Shown here piece by piece: positions 31,641 through 45,990 of a DNA stretch of 64,000 nucleotides (position 1 is the stretch's first letter; each line of letters begins with the position of its first letter). The stretch lies in assembly GCF_009914755.1 (NCBI RefSeq), contig NC_060928.1, one strand, 5' to 3'. The notes beneath the pieces are model-generated. The model had not been told where the DNA came from. It worked only from the letters and a program-made list of their open reading frames with translations, and did no database searches. The stretch comes from the human T2T-CHM13v2.0 reference genome, Homo sapiens. The position numbers and the translations under genes were made by a program.

Positions 31641-32791
31641 GTGACTCTTTTAAAAACACCTTGAGAACTCAATATATGAAACAAGCAGGAAGTAAGCATC
31701 GGGCACTTTAATTTCTTAATTTTTTAGCAGAAGATACCTCTAACTTGCAAAACCACCGAAAGGCCTCTGGATTCCTCAAGTTCTCAGAAACAAGATTTGT
31801 AACTGACTTAGCTGAAAGCTTCCTACATTTCTTCTAATCGCACATTAAACCAGCTGTGGGGGATTGAGGGTCTGTGCTGTTTGATGCACATCCAATCAAA
31901 CTCCCCACAATGACTTTGGCTTCTCCTAAATAATAGTTTTGTTTTTGTTTTAAATCGTAATCCATTTCTTCAATGCTTTCCCCCTTAAAACTAATAGGCA
32001 GATTTTTTTTTTTCTTTTCAAACTATTGAAAACTGCTTCACTCTGGGAGAGGAGGTAAGTGGAAAGGTTGTCTTGCAGCCACACGGGGAGGTCTGGGAGT
32101 TGCTTTGTTTTCTTAGCTGTGCTGTGCAAATGAACTGAAGGTTTAACACTTAGGTGCTGTTTGAAGATATAATACAACAGAACTCAGAGTAGGGAGTCCA
32201 GGAAAGCCATTGCTGGCCTTGCCCAAGGGCCCTGCTGTACAGCTGTTCTGAGAGCTGCAAAGCTAAAATTTGTTGCCATGGCTTATACCTAAACAAACCC
32301 GTGCCTGTTCTGGTATGTAGATTATGTTCTCCAAGGGCAGCCCTGCTCGCTCATTCCATGTCCATCTGTGGGATGCATGGGTTTCAATCATTCCTCCAGC
32401 ATCTCCCATTCTAAAGCTGCAGTTTGTTATATGATATAGTGCCTTGTCACTTAGCAGCAGGCTCTGTGGTATTGGGATCAGCCTATTCCTCCTGCCTTCC
32501 CAAGCTATACTGGAACCTCTGTCCTCAGGGACCTTGCTGTGGGACCACCTTGCAGGTGTTAATACTTTTCCCACTAAACCTGCTTGGACAGAGGCCAACA
32601 TGAATGCTGTACTCCACTGAGTAATGGATATTCCAGGATACCGTTGGGTTAGTTTTGAGGCCATAGCATGCAATCTTCCCCTACTTCCATCAGTACTGGT
32701 CCTTCTCTTTTAATTACTCATTTCTCCCTCTCTCTCTTTCTCTCTCTCTCTCATCTGCCCATGGTCTGGCAGATGGCTCTCCTTTAGGTTT

Positions 32792-33026
32792 ATTCTAGTA
32801 CAATGATATTTGGTCTTATTTTTTAGTTTCTTCCATCTCAGGGGACTCAGAAGCAATTTCAAAGACCAAGAAGTCTCCTAGGAAACAGCAAAATGACATT
32901 ACTTCTAATTCTGTATAACATCTTAGGTAACAAATGCATATACATTCCTGTATCAATATAAAGTCTAACCAGCAAGTGCAAAAGCACAGGTCATTTTAAT
33001 TAGAGCAGCATCCTGTGCAGGCTCAT

Positions 33027-33064
<38 letters not shown>

Positions 33065-33788
33065 TCCATGACTTAGTAGCAACAGTGGTATTAAATTATT
33101 TTCCTGGCAGCTAAGCTAAGAGAAAAGTGTTATGTGGTCTGCACAGTCAGTTTCAAAAGATGCAAATAAGTGTTACTCTGGAGAAATCACCAAGCCCTGG
33201 ATTCTTGAAGGAATTTATTGTGTTGATCCTTCTGTAAGAGACATTGGGCAACAAAACGGCCCATGTTTTCAAACTCTGAATGGGTAGGGAAGACCATCAT
33301 TTACATAAAGTCATGTTTTTTTAATCAACACTTTCTAAGAGCAGAATACTGTCATCCCAGAACAAGTTTCTGCAAGGGAGTTGAAAGAATATGAACCACA
33401 TATGTTGGTGCCTCTTTCACCCTTTCACGCATTCATTTATTGAACAAAGATATGTGGAGCAACTAGACTTTACCATGCACCATATTTGTCACTGGGATCT
33501 AGCAATAAACAAAGCACAGGTCTCTACCTTCTTAAAGCTGACATTCCAGTCAGGAGAGAGACATTCTGCTACAATGATATTTAGTCTTATTTTTTTAGTT
33601 TCTTCCATCTCAGAGGACTCAGAAGCAAGTTTAAGGACCAAGAGGTCGCCTAAAAAAACAGCAAAATTACATTACTTCTAATTCCATGTAACATATTAGA
33701 GATGTAGCAAATGCATATACATTCCTGTATCAATATAAGGTCTAACCAGCAAGTGCAAAAGCACAGGCCATTTTAATTGGAACAGCAT
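32792..33788 (+). repeat. ~220-bp direct duplication (32792-33011 and 33563-33788)
   Basis: Collinear copies tacaatgatattt...cagcat, about 85-90% identical by eye with small indels. Confidence 0.95.
33028..33062. repeat. (CA)17 microsatellite
   Basis: Perfect run. Confidence 0.98.
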
Positions 33789-34090
33789 AAATGAACTAGA
33801 ATAAACTAACTAGCAACTGAATATACAGAATATCAGATGGTAAATGGAGCATGATGAAGAAGGGTGAGGGACAGAGTATAGGAATGGGTAAACCAAAGGA
33901 AGTGAGGGAGGGACCCATGTGGATATTTGGGAGAAGGTTGCTCCAGGCAAAGGAGAAAGCTTGGCATGTTCAAAGAACAGCAAAGAGCCAGGGTGGCTGG
34001 AGGAAGCAAGAGAGCAAGGAGGTTGGGGAGGAGAGGGGCTTGGGGAGGCCAGACAGGGCTTGTTAGACCATTTTAATGGCTTTCACTTCA
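33425..34090 (-). mobile_element. L2 split by the duplicated segment
   Basis: cattcatttattgaac...agctgacattccagtcaggagagagaca, resuming at ~33790 through tggcatgttcaaagaacagcaaagagcca. Confidence 0.75.
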
Positions 34091-34544
34091 CTCTAATGAT
34101 AAATAGTTTAACAAGGTTTTTAGGTTGGTGCATGTTATTAATTCTTTGTCTGTCTCTCTCTCCACTTTTGAGTCAGGTTTTTGGTGACTAGTGGACCACA
34201 TTCCAATGTCTGAATGAATGAAGGTCCAAGTGTCTGTAACATTACTAACCACCTTTGACTTTTACTGTGACTTGCTCACAGGGCAGGGCTTCCTGAACAC
34301 TCTATTTTTGGCTTGCAAGAAAAATTATGTAGTTCTCATCTTGATGAAATTTCACAAGTCTGGACTCCCTATAATTTCCATAATACAAAATTTAGTAGTG
34401 TTCAATTTTCTTTTTCTTGTGTTTTGTTGTTTCTGTGCCCAAAGGGAGTTCATTTTCACAGGGTTAGCAGCACAACAAGATGAGCCTTTGACACACCCTT
34501 GCTTAAGTCTGCTCTTAGGCACTGGAAAGGGGCTTTGCAGAGAA

Positions 34545-34839
34545 TTTTTTTTTTTTTTGAGATGGAGTCTCGCTCTGTGGCCCAGGCTGGAGTGCTGTGG
34601 CGCAATCTTGGCTCACTGCAAGCTCCGCCTCCTGGTTTCACACCATTCTCCTGCCTCAGCCTCCCGAGTAGCTGGGACTACAGGTGCGCGCCACCACACC
34701 TGGCTAATTTTTGTATTTTTAGTAGAGACAGGGTTTCACCATATTGGCCAGGCTGGTCTCGAACTTCTGACCTCGTGATCCACCTGCCTGGGCCTTCCAA
34801 AGTGCTGGGATTACAGGTGTGAGCCACCATGCCCCACCC
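34545..34839 (-). mobile_element. Alu (Sc8/Y-like)
   Basis: TSD gcagagaat. Confidence 0.93.
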
Positions 34840-36646
34840 AGCAGAGAATAATTCTTAAGGGTTGAGATGATCATGGAAATAGGTGAAAGAACCAGATGGC
34901 AAACACGCTGCCAAAGAGCACAGGAAATTGGACCTGTGTCCTCAGATGAAGGGAATCACCTCTGCCTTTTCCCACACGATGCTCCCGAAAGGGCTGTTGT
35001 GGAACTTGAGTTGAAGTTAAAAATAGAAAACTCTTATACTTTGTCTATTTGTTCAGTTGATTGTCTTAAAGTGATTCTCACCCATTCTAGAAATCTGCAG
35101 AGCTTTTGAGAAATCATTGTAATCCTCACCCCACACATTTTTGTCCAGAAAAATTAACTCTCAGGAGCAGTTTAAAGGCAAAAGAGAGTCCTCAAAACAT
35201 CGTGAATGCGCTCACGTTGAGAGTGTGGAGACTGTGGGACTGTCTCGGTGTGCTGGGCTTGATGGAAATGGAGAAAAGAAACTGAGGGTGTGTGGTGCCC
35301 TTCGGGCTTTGCTGGACTCCTTTGATGAGGGGGCCTCCTTGGCTTCCCTCCTCCATCCTGCCCAGTGCTTGTCTTGAGTTGTTGTCCAGCCAGACAACGT
35401 TCGCTTTGTTCTTCCAATGACTTTCTGGCCACATAACAAAATTCTCAAAGCTTTACAGACAGTTCCCTCTAAGCACACATAAGGATGCTTTATGTGTAGG
35501 ACAGTATTTGTTCCTTTTGGACTCTAGGTACGTCATGTGCACTTGGCAATTTGTGCGGCTAGATTTTATGAGCTTTGAAAGATTATGGACAGTTGGCAGT
35601 CGATCATTTATCCCAAGTAAGAAAGGCCCATTAGGATTGTGTTCTCCCTTCACCATCCTCCTGGACCAATCATTTATCAGAATAATTCCCCCAAACACTT
35701 CTCTCTAATTCTGTTTCCAGATCACCACCTCTATGTGACATCATGGGAACTTAGTGCAAATAAATCTCCAGAGAAACCTCTGGTGGACAGATATTGAAAT
35801 GGATTGCCGCAGGAGGGCATTACTTATCTCCTTTGAGAGCAGGGTTTATCACTAAAGCAAGGCTTTGACGAAAAACACTCCTGAGGCTTCTGTGTACCTT
35901 AGTGTTTCCAAAGCATTTCACCATCAAGTCTGAACATAGCCCAGAGCAAAATTCGTGCAGGATCTTTTAGCAGCTTCGAACTGAGGCCACAAATTGGGGT
36001 CCAAGAGGAAGCAGCCGCGATAGTACATGCTAGTTATTATTATTATTGATACTATTTTTGTTGTTGTTTAGCTAGCAGGATAGAAAAGATGCCTGAAATT
36101 GGTCTTTGTTGGCACTGAAAAAGAAACCATCTGAAAGATAACCTTCTCCAAGTCTCTGAATTATCCTATGCAGAAGTATTGTATCACTGTGGAGGGTTAT
36201 ATGATTTTATATATGGGATGGTGTTTAAGACTTATGAAAATTTGGAACTTAGACAATATCTAAGAGTGTTTTCTTTTCAAGTCACTTCACTCTTCCTAAC
36301 TCAGGTTAGAATTCGACAATGGGAGTTGATCATTTTCAGTGTATTCCTTGTAATCCCGAATGAGACAAAGGAAAGACAGAAAGACTTTGGGTGATGGCAA
36401 AACAAATGCTTCTGAGAGGATAAGGTGGAGAAGTTGCTTCAGACTGAGCTGGTCTAAAAGGGCCACATATGGGACTGGGATATAAGTCAGGCCTTGAAGT
36501 TTGCGTGGAAACAAGGTAAGTGACAGGCAAAGCATAGTGCAGGTGGAAGACTAAAGATGTATGTATCCAAAGGCACTTCCAGCCTGGCAAGAGGAGGGGA
36601 AAAGAGGGAGAAACCAATTCACAACCTAGTGCTTAGGAATTCTGAA

Positions 36647-36930
<284 letters not shown>

Positions 36931-37038
36931 TAAAGCTAGCGAGACAGGTTCAAAATAGTCAAGTGTATTTCACCAGGTAGCAAATGGCAAATGTGGAATT
37001 TGTATGAAGATCTGTCTGTTTTCAAAGCCCTTGTTTTT

Positions 37039-37641
37039 TGTTCTCACTTATAAGTGGGAGCTAAAGCCAGGTGCGGTGGCTCACACCTGTAATCCTAGCA
37101 CTTTGGGAGCCAGAAGCAGGTGGATCACTTGAGGTGAGGAGTTTGAGACCAGCCTGGCCAACATAGTGAAACCCCGTCTGTACTAAAAATACAAAAAAAA
37201 TTAGCTGGGTGTGGTGGCACGTGCCTGTAATCCCAGCTACTCAGGAGGCTGAGGCAGGAGAATCACCTGACCCCAGGATGTGGAGGTTGCAGTGAGCCAA
37301 GCTGCGCCACTGCACTCCAGCCTGGGTGACAGAGCGAGACTCTGTCTCAAAAAATAAATAAATAAATAAATAAATAAATAGATAGATAGATAGATAAATA
37401 AATAATAAGTGGGAGCTAAACATAGGTACACGCAGACACAAAGATGGGAACAATAAACACTGGAAACTCCAAAACAGGAGAGACAGGGTGGGACAATGGC
37501 TGAAAAACTACCTATCAGGTACTACATTCAGTAGGACTTGGGTGACAGGATCATTAGAAGCCCAAACCTCAGCATCACACAATATACTCATGGAAAAAAC
37601 CTGCACATGTACCCACTGAATTGAAAAAAAAAAAAAAAAAA
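37039..37641 (+). mobile_element. Old L1PA/L1PB 3' end with poly(A), interrupted by an Alu
   Basis: ttctcacttataagtgggagctaaa...cctgcacatgtacccactgaa, then an A-run. Confidence 0.88.
37066..37404 (+). mobile_element. AluS with (TAAA)n(TAGA)n tail
   Basis: Perfect 16-bp TSD ataagtgggagctaaa (37050-37065, 37405-37420). Confidence 0.95.
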
Positions 37642-37897
37642 CTATGTTCTGTGCCCTCATCTGTATATTGGGAGTGTTGGACTCAGTTGCCGATTCTAAG
37701 AACAAAATGAAAAGAAAAGGTGTGTATTGGAGGCCCAAAGATAACTCAGGGCTATGTGAAAGAGTCTTGGTTCTCAGAACATTAATCCTTTATCTCAGAA
37801 ATTCTAAACCAGCAACCAAGCAACTAACCAAGTCCACCTGTCACTTGTGATCTTTATATAGCCACCAGGTTTAGGACATTTTAAACATAATTATTAA

Positions 37898-38719
<822 letters not shown>

Positions 38720-39256
38720 TTGCTTCACTAATTTTTATTAACCTGCAAAGCCTGGCACTTGAGTGAGAGGCCTCATTATTTTGTTTAATAATGAAAAGCT
38801 ACACAGGGCTTTCAGTTGGAAAGTAACATGATGAAAGAAGAGTTTCAAGAAGCAAGAAAAAGGACAATATGATACATGAAAATAGATCTTAAATGTGGTG
38901 CATATAGCACTTTATGCAATTGCTAGTAATCCTTAATATTCACTAACTTCCATCCAAATCTTCCCACTTAACAAGCATTCTGAGGCACAAAGTATTATTT
39001 GGTAGCTAAAGAAGTCAATGAGTGTGCCATGATAGTGTTGGGAGATACTTTAGCAACTGAGTCCAACTCTTGTTTTATAGTTGAGGACAGAAAGGCCTAT
39101 CTAGGAAAAGCATTTTTACCCAAGGTAGCATGGCCTGAGAGCTATTGTATGTGTTAGAAAGTTCATTCATTAGTGATGGTATAAAATAATGCAAAGTATC
39201 AAAAAGATTTTGAATAAAGGTCCTAATGGAACTATGCATTGCATAATGAACATCAA

Positions 39257-39561
39257 TTTTCTTTTCTTTTTTTTTTTTTTTTTTTTTTTGTGATGAAGTT
39301 TCACTCCATCGCCCAGGCTGGAGTGCAGTGGCACGATCTCAGCTCCCGGCAACCTCTGCCTCCCGTGATTCTCCCCCCTCAGCCTCCTGAGTAGCTGGAA
39401 CTACAGGCGTGCGCCACCATGCCCGGCTAATTTTTATATTTTTAGCAGAGACGGGGTTTCACCATGTTGGCCAGAATGGTCTCCATCTCCTGACCCCGTG
39501 ATCCGCCCGCCTTGGCCTACCAAAGTGCCAGGATTACAGGCGTGAGCCACCACGTCCGGCC
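39257..39561 (-). mobile_element. AluS/Sc
   Basis: TSD-like tgaacWtcaWttttc. Confidence 0.92.
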
Positions 39562-41553
39562 TGAACTTCATTTTTCATTCTTCCCTTTTCTCTCTATTTT
39601 TTTTCTTTATGTTTCTTGAACAGAAAATAATTGTAAACTCCTTCTCAGTGGGTTTCTGTGTGGGGGACTGCAGCTCTCTATGCAAACCTGTGTGTCTGCA
39701 CTGAGATTGTGCCTGAGAACAAGTGTCAGGTCTTGCTGCCACCCACCCCGCCCGATTTCCCACCCTGTTCTTTGTTGGGATGATTGATATGAGAGAAACC
39801 AGTGGCCTGGAAAATAGAAAATGCAGTCAATTTTTGGTTTTGAGGCTTTTTGATTTCATGTAGCATTAACATTTCCAAAAAAACAAATTCAGAGGTTGAC
39901 AATTTTAAAACTTTCCACAGATTGACAATTATCTACTGTGGAAAGTATTAATTACATAAAGAACACTTTAACATCAAAGCAGTTGAAAGGGCACACTCTC
40001 AGAATAACTGGCAACTTTTCCTGAATAAGGATTGTTGGTAATGTAACCCTGACATACATACATACATTTGCTTTTCCATGTAGGAATGTTGCAAATTTGT
40101 CTGACCTTGCTCTGAATGAATGAACATTTTAACATCGTCTGGCATCTGGGAAACATTTGTTCTAAACAGCACCCCCACTACTAACTGAAATATTTCTATT
40201 GCCACTGTGAGTGAATTTTGATTATTGCTTTGTTTTCATGTCAAACCATCTGCTGAGTTTTTTCAAATCTGAAACAGCCTACAAAATCTATTCTCACAGC
40301 ATATTTCTATACTTGCAGAAATCAACGTATAGATATTTATAGTCTAATCTCTGTGCCACTTCTGAGTATATTCCCAAGTCTTTGCAGGAAAGGAGCTGTC
40401 TGCCCTGTGTTCTTGTCTTCCCAGTTCTCTCTGTGGTTGTAGTTCGTTTTAACGTAAGCTGTGCAGTGGAGGTGATTTTTGCTTGCTGGTGGTCATGGGT
40501 AAGGCAGTTATGAAGTCTGACATTATTCTTGGAATGATTTTAAGCAAAATATCGTAGTTCATCAAAACCTGTCTGCAAAACGCCAACAAGTTAATAGTCA
40601 TTTATGTTCAGAAGGAAAAAATTATGGCTGCCAGACCACCTTCATTTGGGAGATTTGGCCATAAATTTTAAATATCCATTGTGAGAATTATACTATGTGT
40701 AAGGAAATCAGCATCCTGCAGTTTTACAAGTGGGCCTTAGAAGGGCATAATGCACAAAGGCACAGTAAGAACAGAAAGACTTAAGAAATGCAAGCAGAAC
40801 AGGCAAGTAAAAAGGCATCTCTAAAACTTCTGGCGTCTCCTACAAGGCTTTTAGGTACGGGCACAGTTCCTAAGGCTTTTTTTTTTCTTTTAAAGACAAA
40901 ATGGTGGTGTGGCGTCCTGAATGTTTTAAACACTTAGAATTGCCACCAGTTTTGAGCCCTTTCTATGCGATGTCTTACGTGGGTCATCTAATGTCAGCTT
41001 TGGAAAAGCCCTGTGGGATGTAAAGACTGATGAGGAAACTGAGGTTTAGTGAGAGGTTGGTACCTGGCCCAGGGTCTCAATCTGGCAGGGCTTGGCTATC
41101 CTTTATCTGGTCCTTGTACCAAACAAAAACTATTCCCTACTGGGCACTGGAGTTAGAAAAAGGTGTGTGCCTACCACAGCTACTATATGATGATTATACC
41201 AATTTGTTTAAGAAAAAAATTGTGTGGGCTTTGGGGTCAAATCAGACCTACTTCCAGTTTCATCCTCACTGCTTACTAGCAATGCAACTTTAGGAAAACT
41301 TATATCGTCAGTTCATTTAAGCCTCAGTTTTCTTATCTGTCAAACAGAAAAAAATATTGCCTTACCTCATGGGGTATTGAAATTTATAGACAACAGTAGA
41401 TATCACTACCTGTACCTAGTAAAACAGTTTTAAATGTTAGCTATTATCATTGTTAATTACTTTTCCTTGAGCAGGCAGCCGTAATAATGAATGATTCTCT
41501 TTGAGTTGGGGGAGATTTTCAGAAGTTTACATTGGTACATCATTTTCTTAAAG

Positions 41554-41892
41554 TTTTTTTTTTTTTTAAGACAAGGTCTTGGGCAACCCGCTCAGGTCCC
41601 CTTCCATGCTGTGGAAGCTTTGTTCTTCTTTCGCTCTTCACGATAAACCTTGCGCTACTCACTCTGAAAAAAAAAAAAAAAAAAAAAAAGACAAGATCTC
41701 TCTGTTGCCCAGGTTGGAGTGCCGAGTGGCGTGATCATAGCTCACGGCAGCCTTGAAATCCTAAGCTAAAGCAATCTCCTGCCTCAGCCTCCAGATTAAC
41801 TGGGACTAAAAGCATGCTCTACTACCTCTACTACGCCCAGCTAATAGTTAATTTTTGTAGAGTTGGGGTCTTGCTCTGTTGCCTGGGCTGGT
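41554..41892 (-). mobile_element. AluJ, truncated, host of an LTR-R retrocopy
   Basis: T15-aagacaag...ctctgttgcccagg...tagagttggggtcttgctctgttgcc. Confidence 0.85.
41580..41689 (+). pseudogene. Processed retrocopy of an ERV1-class (LTR12/ERV9- or MER52-like) LTR R region with poly(A)
   Basis: ggcaacccgctcaggtccccttccatgctgtggaagctttgttc...cacgataaaccttgcgctactcactct + A23; TSD aagacaagRtct (41568-41579, 41688-41699). Confidence 0.85.
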
Positions 41893-43142
41893 TTTTTGTT
41901 ATTAACTTGAAATTTTATAGTTTTTGCAGGAAGTTACAGAATACTCAATAAAAGTAAGTTCTGAAATTGTCACTGAGAGCAATATGAAATTTCAAAAACT
42001 GCTTTTAATTCCAACAAGAACTTTGTTGAATTTAGGGGCTGAGTATGCTCTCAGAAATATTTTGAGAGTACACTGTTCCAGTATCAATGGGTTCAAGGAT
42101 CCCATCAGTCTTGGGTGCTCGTGCTTGTGGTCTTTATTGGAATCAACTTTCCTTTCTCTCTTGAACCTTGGCATAAACTTCTAGACTCTTACCATGAAAT
42201 CACCATGACTTGTTTAGGACTAGCATTGGAAATTAGACCATGCACACCCCACACTCACTAAAGCTAAATTTTCATAGAGTGAGGTTAATTTCCTGCTTCT
42301 TCCTTCCCAGTTGACTTTTGTGCAATCGATTTCCTAAAATTCAAAACAAGATGCCAATTTGCCATAAACATTTTAAGAAGATCCTTAACCGCAGCCTGAA
42401 CTTGCCCTAAGGCAGGTTCTGTTCTATGCCTTCATTTCCTCTCTCCTCCTTATCAGGGAGCTGATCCACCTGCTGCAGCAAGAGCCCTGTTCTCTGCTGA
42501 CTACTGACCCTGGTTTCAACACAAACACTTTGATCTATGGGCAAATTTTGAAAAAGTTGAACAGGAAAACAACTTGAGAATGATAAATGCAATTGTTCCC
42601 TTTTCTCCACCCTTTCAGCACACGTTTACACATACGCTCACATACATACAATATACACATTCAAGAATATACAAAGAATTCCTTAAAGCCCAGAGCAAAA
42701 GTGAATTTCCAGGACAAAAGGAATACTATCTTTATTGAGGCCATTCCTAGAAGCTCTGAGCTTTGGACAAGGGCAATTCTTAACTTACACACTTTAATCT
42801 TAAGAGTTAATAATCTAAAGTACAATTATTAAATAATAACATTGGTATTTAACAAATATGCCAGAAATTCTACATCCAGTGATTGCTGATCATTCAGTCA
42901 CTGCACTTGTAAATATTGAACTCAACAGATATTGTTAAATGATCGTTTTCGTTCAGGCGAAGCAAACATTAACCCCAATGACCATACGGTAAATGTAGTT
43001 TTATGCTTTTGCAGAATAGATAGTTCCTGAGTTGTTATATGAGTTAGACTTCTTAAAAACTAAGTTGTTATTAATATCCTAAAATATTTTAAGTGATTTA
43101 AGTTTCCTTGCAGTAAACCTTTTATATAACTATTTGCCTTAA

Positions 43143-44219
<1,077 letters not shown>

Positions 44220-44371
44220 TGAAAGGATGAGGCACAGTCTGGGAGAAGATATTTGCGAACCGTAAATCAACAAACAACAAATCAATTGGAAAGAAAACAT
44301 GTACATAATAGGTACATAATAGAAATGTGCAGATGTTACAAAAATATAAGTTTAGGGGCCAAATATATATA

Positions 44372-44539
44372 TTTTAGAGACAGGGTCTCATTCTGTTAGG
44401 CTTGACTACAGTGGCCTGAGCATAGCTCACTGCAGCCTCAAACTCCTGAGTTCAAGTGATCCTCCCGCCTTGGCCTCCCACAGTGTTGTTTGTGATTATG
44501 GCTGTGATTACGGCTGTGATTGAGGGACTGCACTTGGCT
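44372..44539 (-). mobile_element. FLAM/AluJ monomer with an internal 12-bp tandem repeat
   Basis: agacagggtctca...ctcaaactcctgagttcaagtgatcc; tgtgattaYggc repeated ~2.5 times. Confidence 0.75.
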
Positions 44540-45057
44540 ATGGGCCAAACATTTTTAAAGAACGTTATGCTTCTTTATCTATAAAGATGCTACAGTTATC
44601 TATAAAGTGATTTATTATATGTGAATTAAGTCAATATTAAACTCCACCTTGTTTTTGTTGATATGTTCCATTGCACATGAAACACAAATATTTTTGAATT
44701 GTGATTGTAAGAAGCATTTTATAACACTGAGATTTAATTCAAATTTACTACACAGAAAAATCATGATTTAACTTTCACAATTACTGCAACTTCCTCCTTG
44801 TTTTATCCACATAGGCTCAAATTGTTTCCATTGACGTGGGGCTTCCTCATCCTTTTCTTCCAATTGATTTCTGAGCACACTATTGAACAAAACTGATTCA
44901 AGGCTCTGAAACCCACAGTTTTATCATTAATAATTGTAACAGCTGTTTTTAAATCAGCTCCTATGTGCTTAGCATTGTGCTAAGCACTTTGTATACTGTC
45001 TCCCTTTTACTTCTTACAAACCTATGAGATAGGGACTATTTTTAACATCCCCACTTT

Positions 45058-45990
45058 ACAGATGAGAAAGCTGAGACACAGAAACTATGTAATTTGCTTG
45101 CAATTAAACATCTAGTAAGGTTCATTTTTTTAAAAGGATTTCTGGTCTAGGAAATATAAAAACTATCATTGCTCTTCTTTGTGACGTCTTTAAGTTATGA
45201 AGGTAAGAGCAACAGCTAAATAATGCTATTTTTTAATGGCAAAACCTGCTATTACTTTGGCGCTAACCTATTACCTTCTAAAATGCATCTGTTTGCTCAG
45301 TTTATTTTCTTTGAATAACTGTTGAGGGGCCCTAAGACACACTGAAACATTTCTGAGTTTAAAAAATATATAAAGTAAAACAAAGTTTGTAAAAGTTGAA
45401 CTCTTGCAAATAGTCCATATTTCAGGTGACACTTGGCCCTTGAACTGCACGGGTCTGAACTGTGCTGGTTCACTTATATGCAGGTATTTTCAATAAATAC
45501 ATTTAAAAATTTTTGGAGACTTGAACAATTTGAAAAAAACTTGCATATGAACCATGTAGCCTAGAAATATAAAAAAATTGAGAAAAAAGTATGCCATGAA
45601 TGCATAAAATATATGTATTTTATCATTTACTACTAAAAATATACACAGTTCTATTATAAAAAGTTAAAATGTGTTGATACTTATGTACACAGACACCTAC
45701 AGACCATGCATGGCACCATTCACAGTCCAGAGAAATGTAAACAAATATAAAAATGCAGTATTAAAGTAACTGCGAAAATTCACTGTGTATATACAGTGAT
45801 ACTCATTGACAGATAAGAAAGCCAAAACACAGAAACTATGTAATTTGCTTGCAATTAAACATCTAGTAAGGTTCATTTTTTTAAAAAGATTTTTGGTCCA
45901 GGAAATATAAAAACTACCATTGCTCTTCTTTGTGACATCTTTAAGTGATGAAGCTAAGAGCAACAGCTAAATAATGCTATTTTTTACTGG
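45058..45990 (+). repeat. 182-bp direct duplication (45058-45239 and 45809-45990)
   Basis: Manual alignment 170/182 identical, no indels, offset 751 bp. Confidence 0.97.
45231..45273. mobile_element. Half MADE1 (Hsmar1 mariner TIR)
   Basis: ttttaatggcaaaacctgctattactttggcgctaacctatta versus recalled MADE1 ttttaatggcaaaaaccgcaattacttttgcaccaacctaata. Confidence 0.75.

Noticed and set aside
32263-32673. 136-aa minus-strand ORF in non-Alu DNA
   Set aside because: Non-ATG start, no recognisable domain or splice structure; length is compatible with chance.
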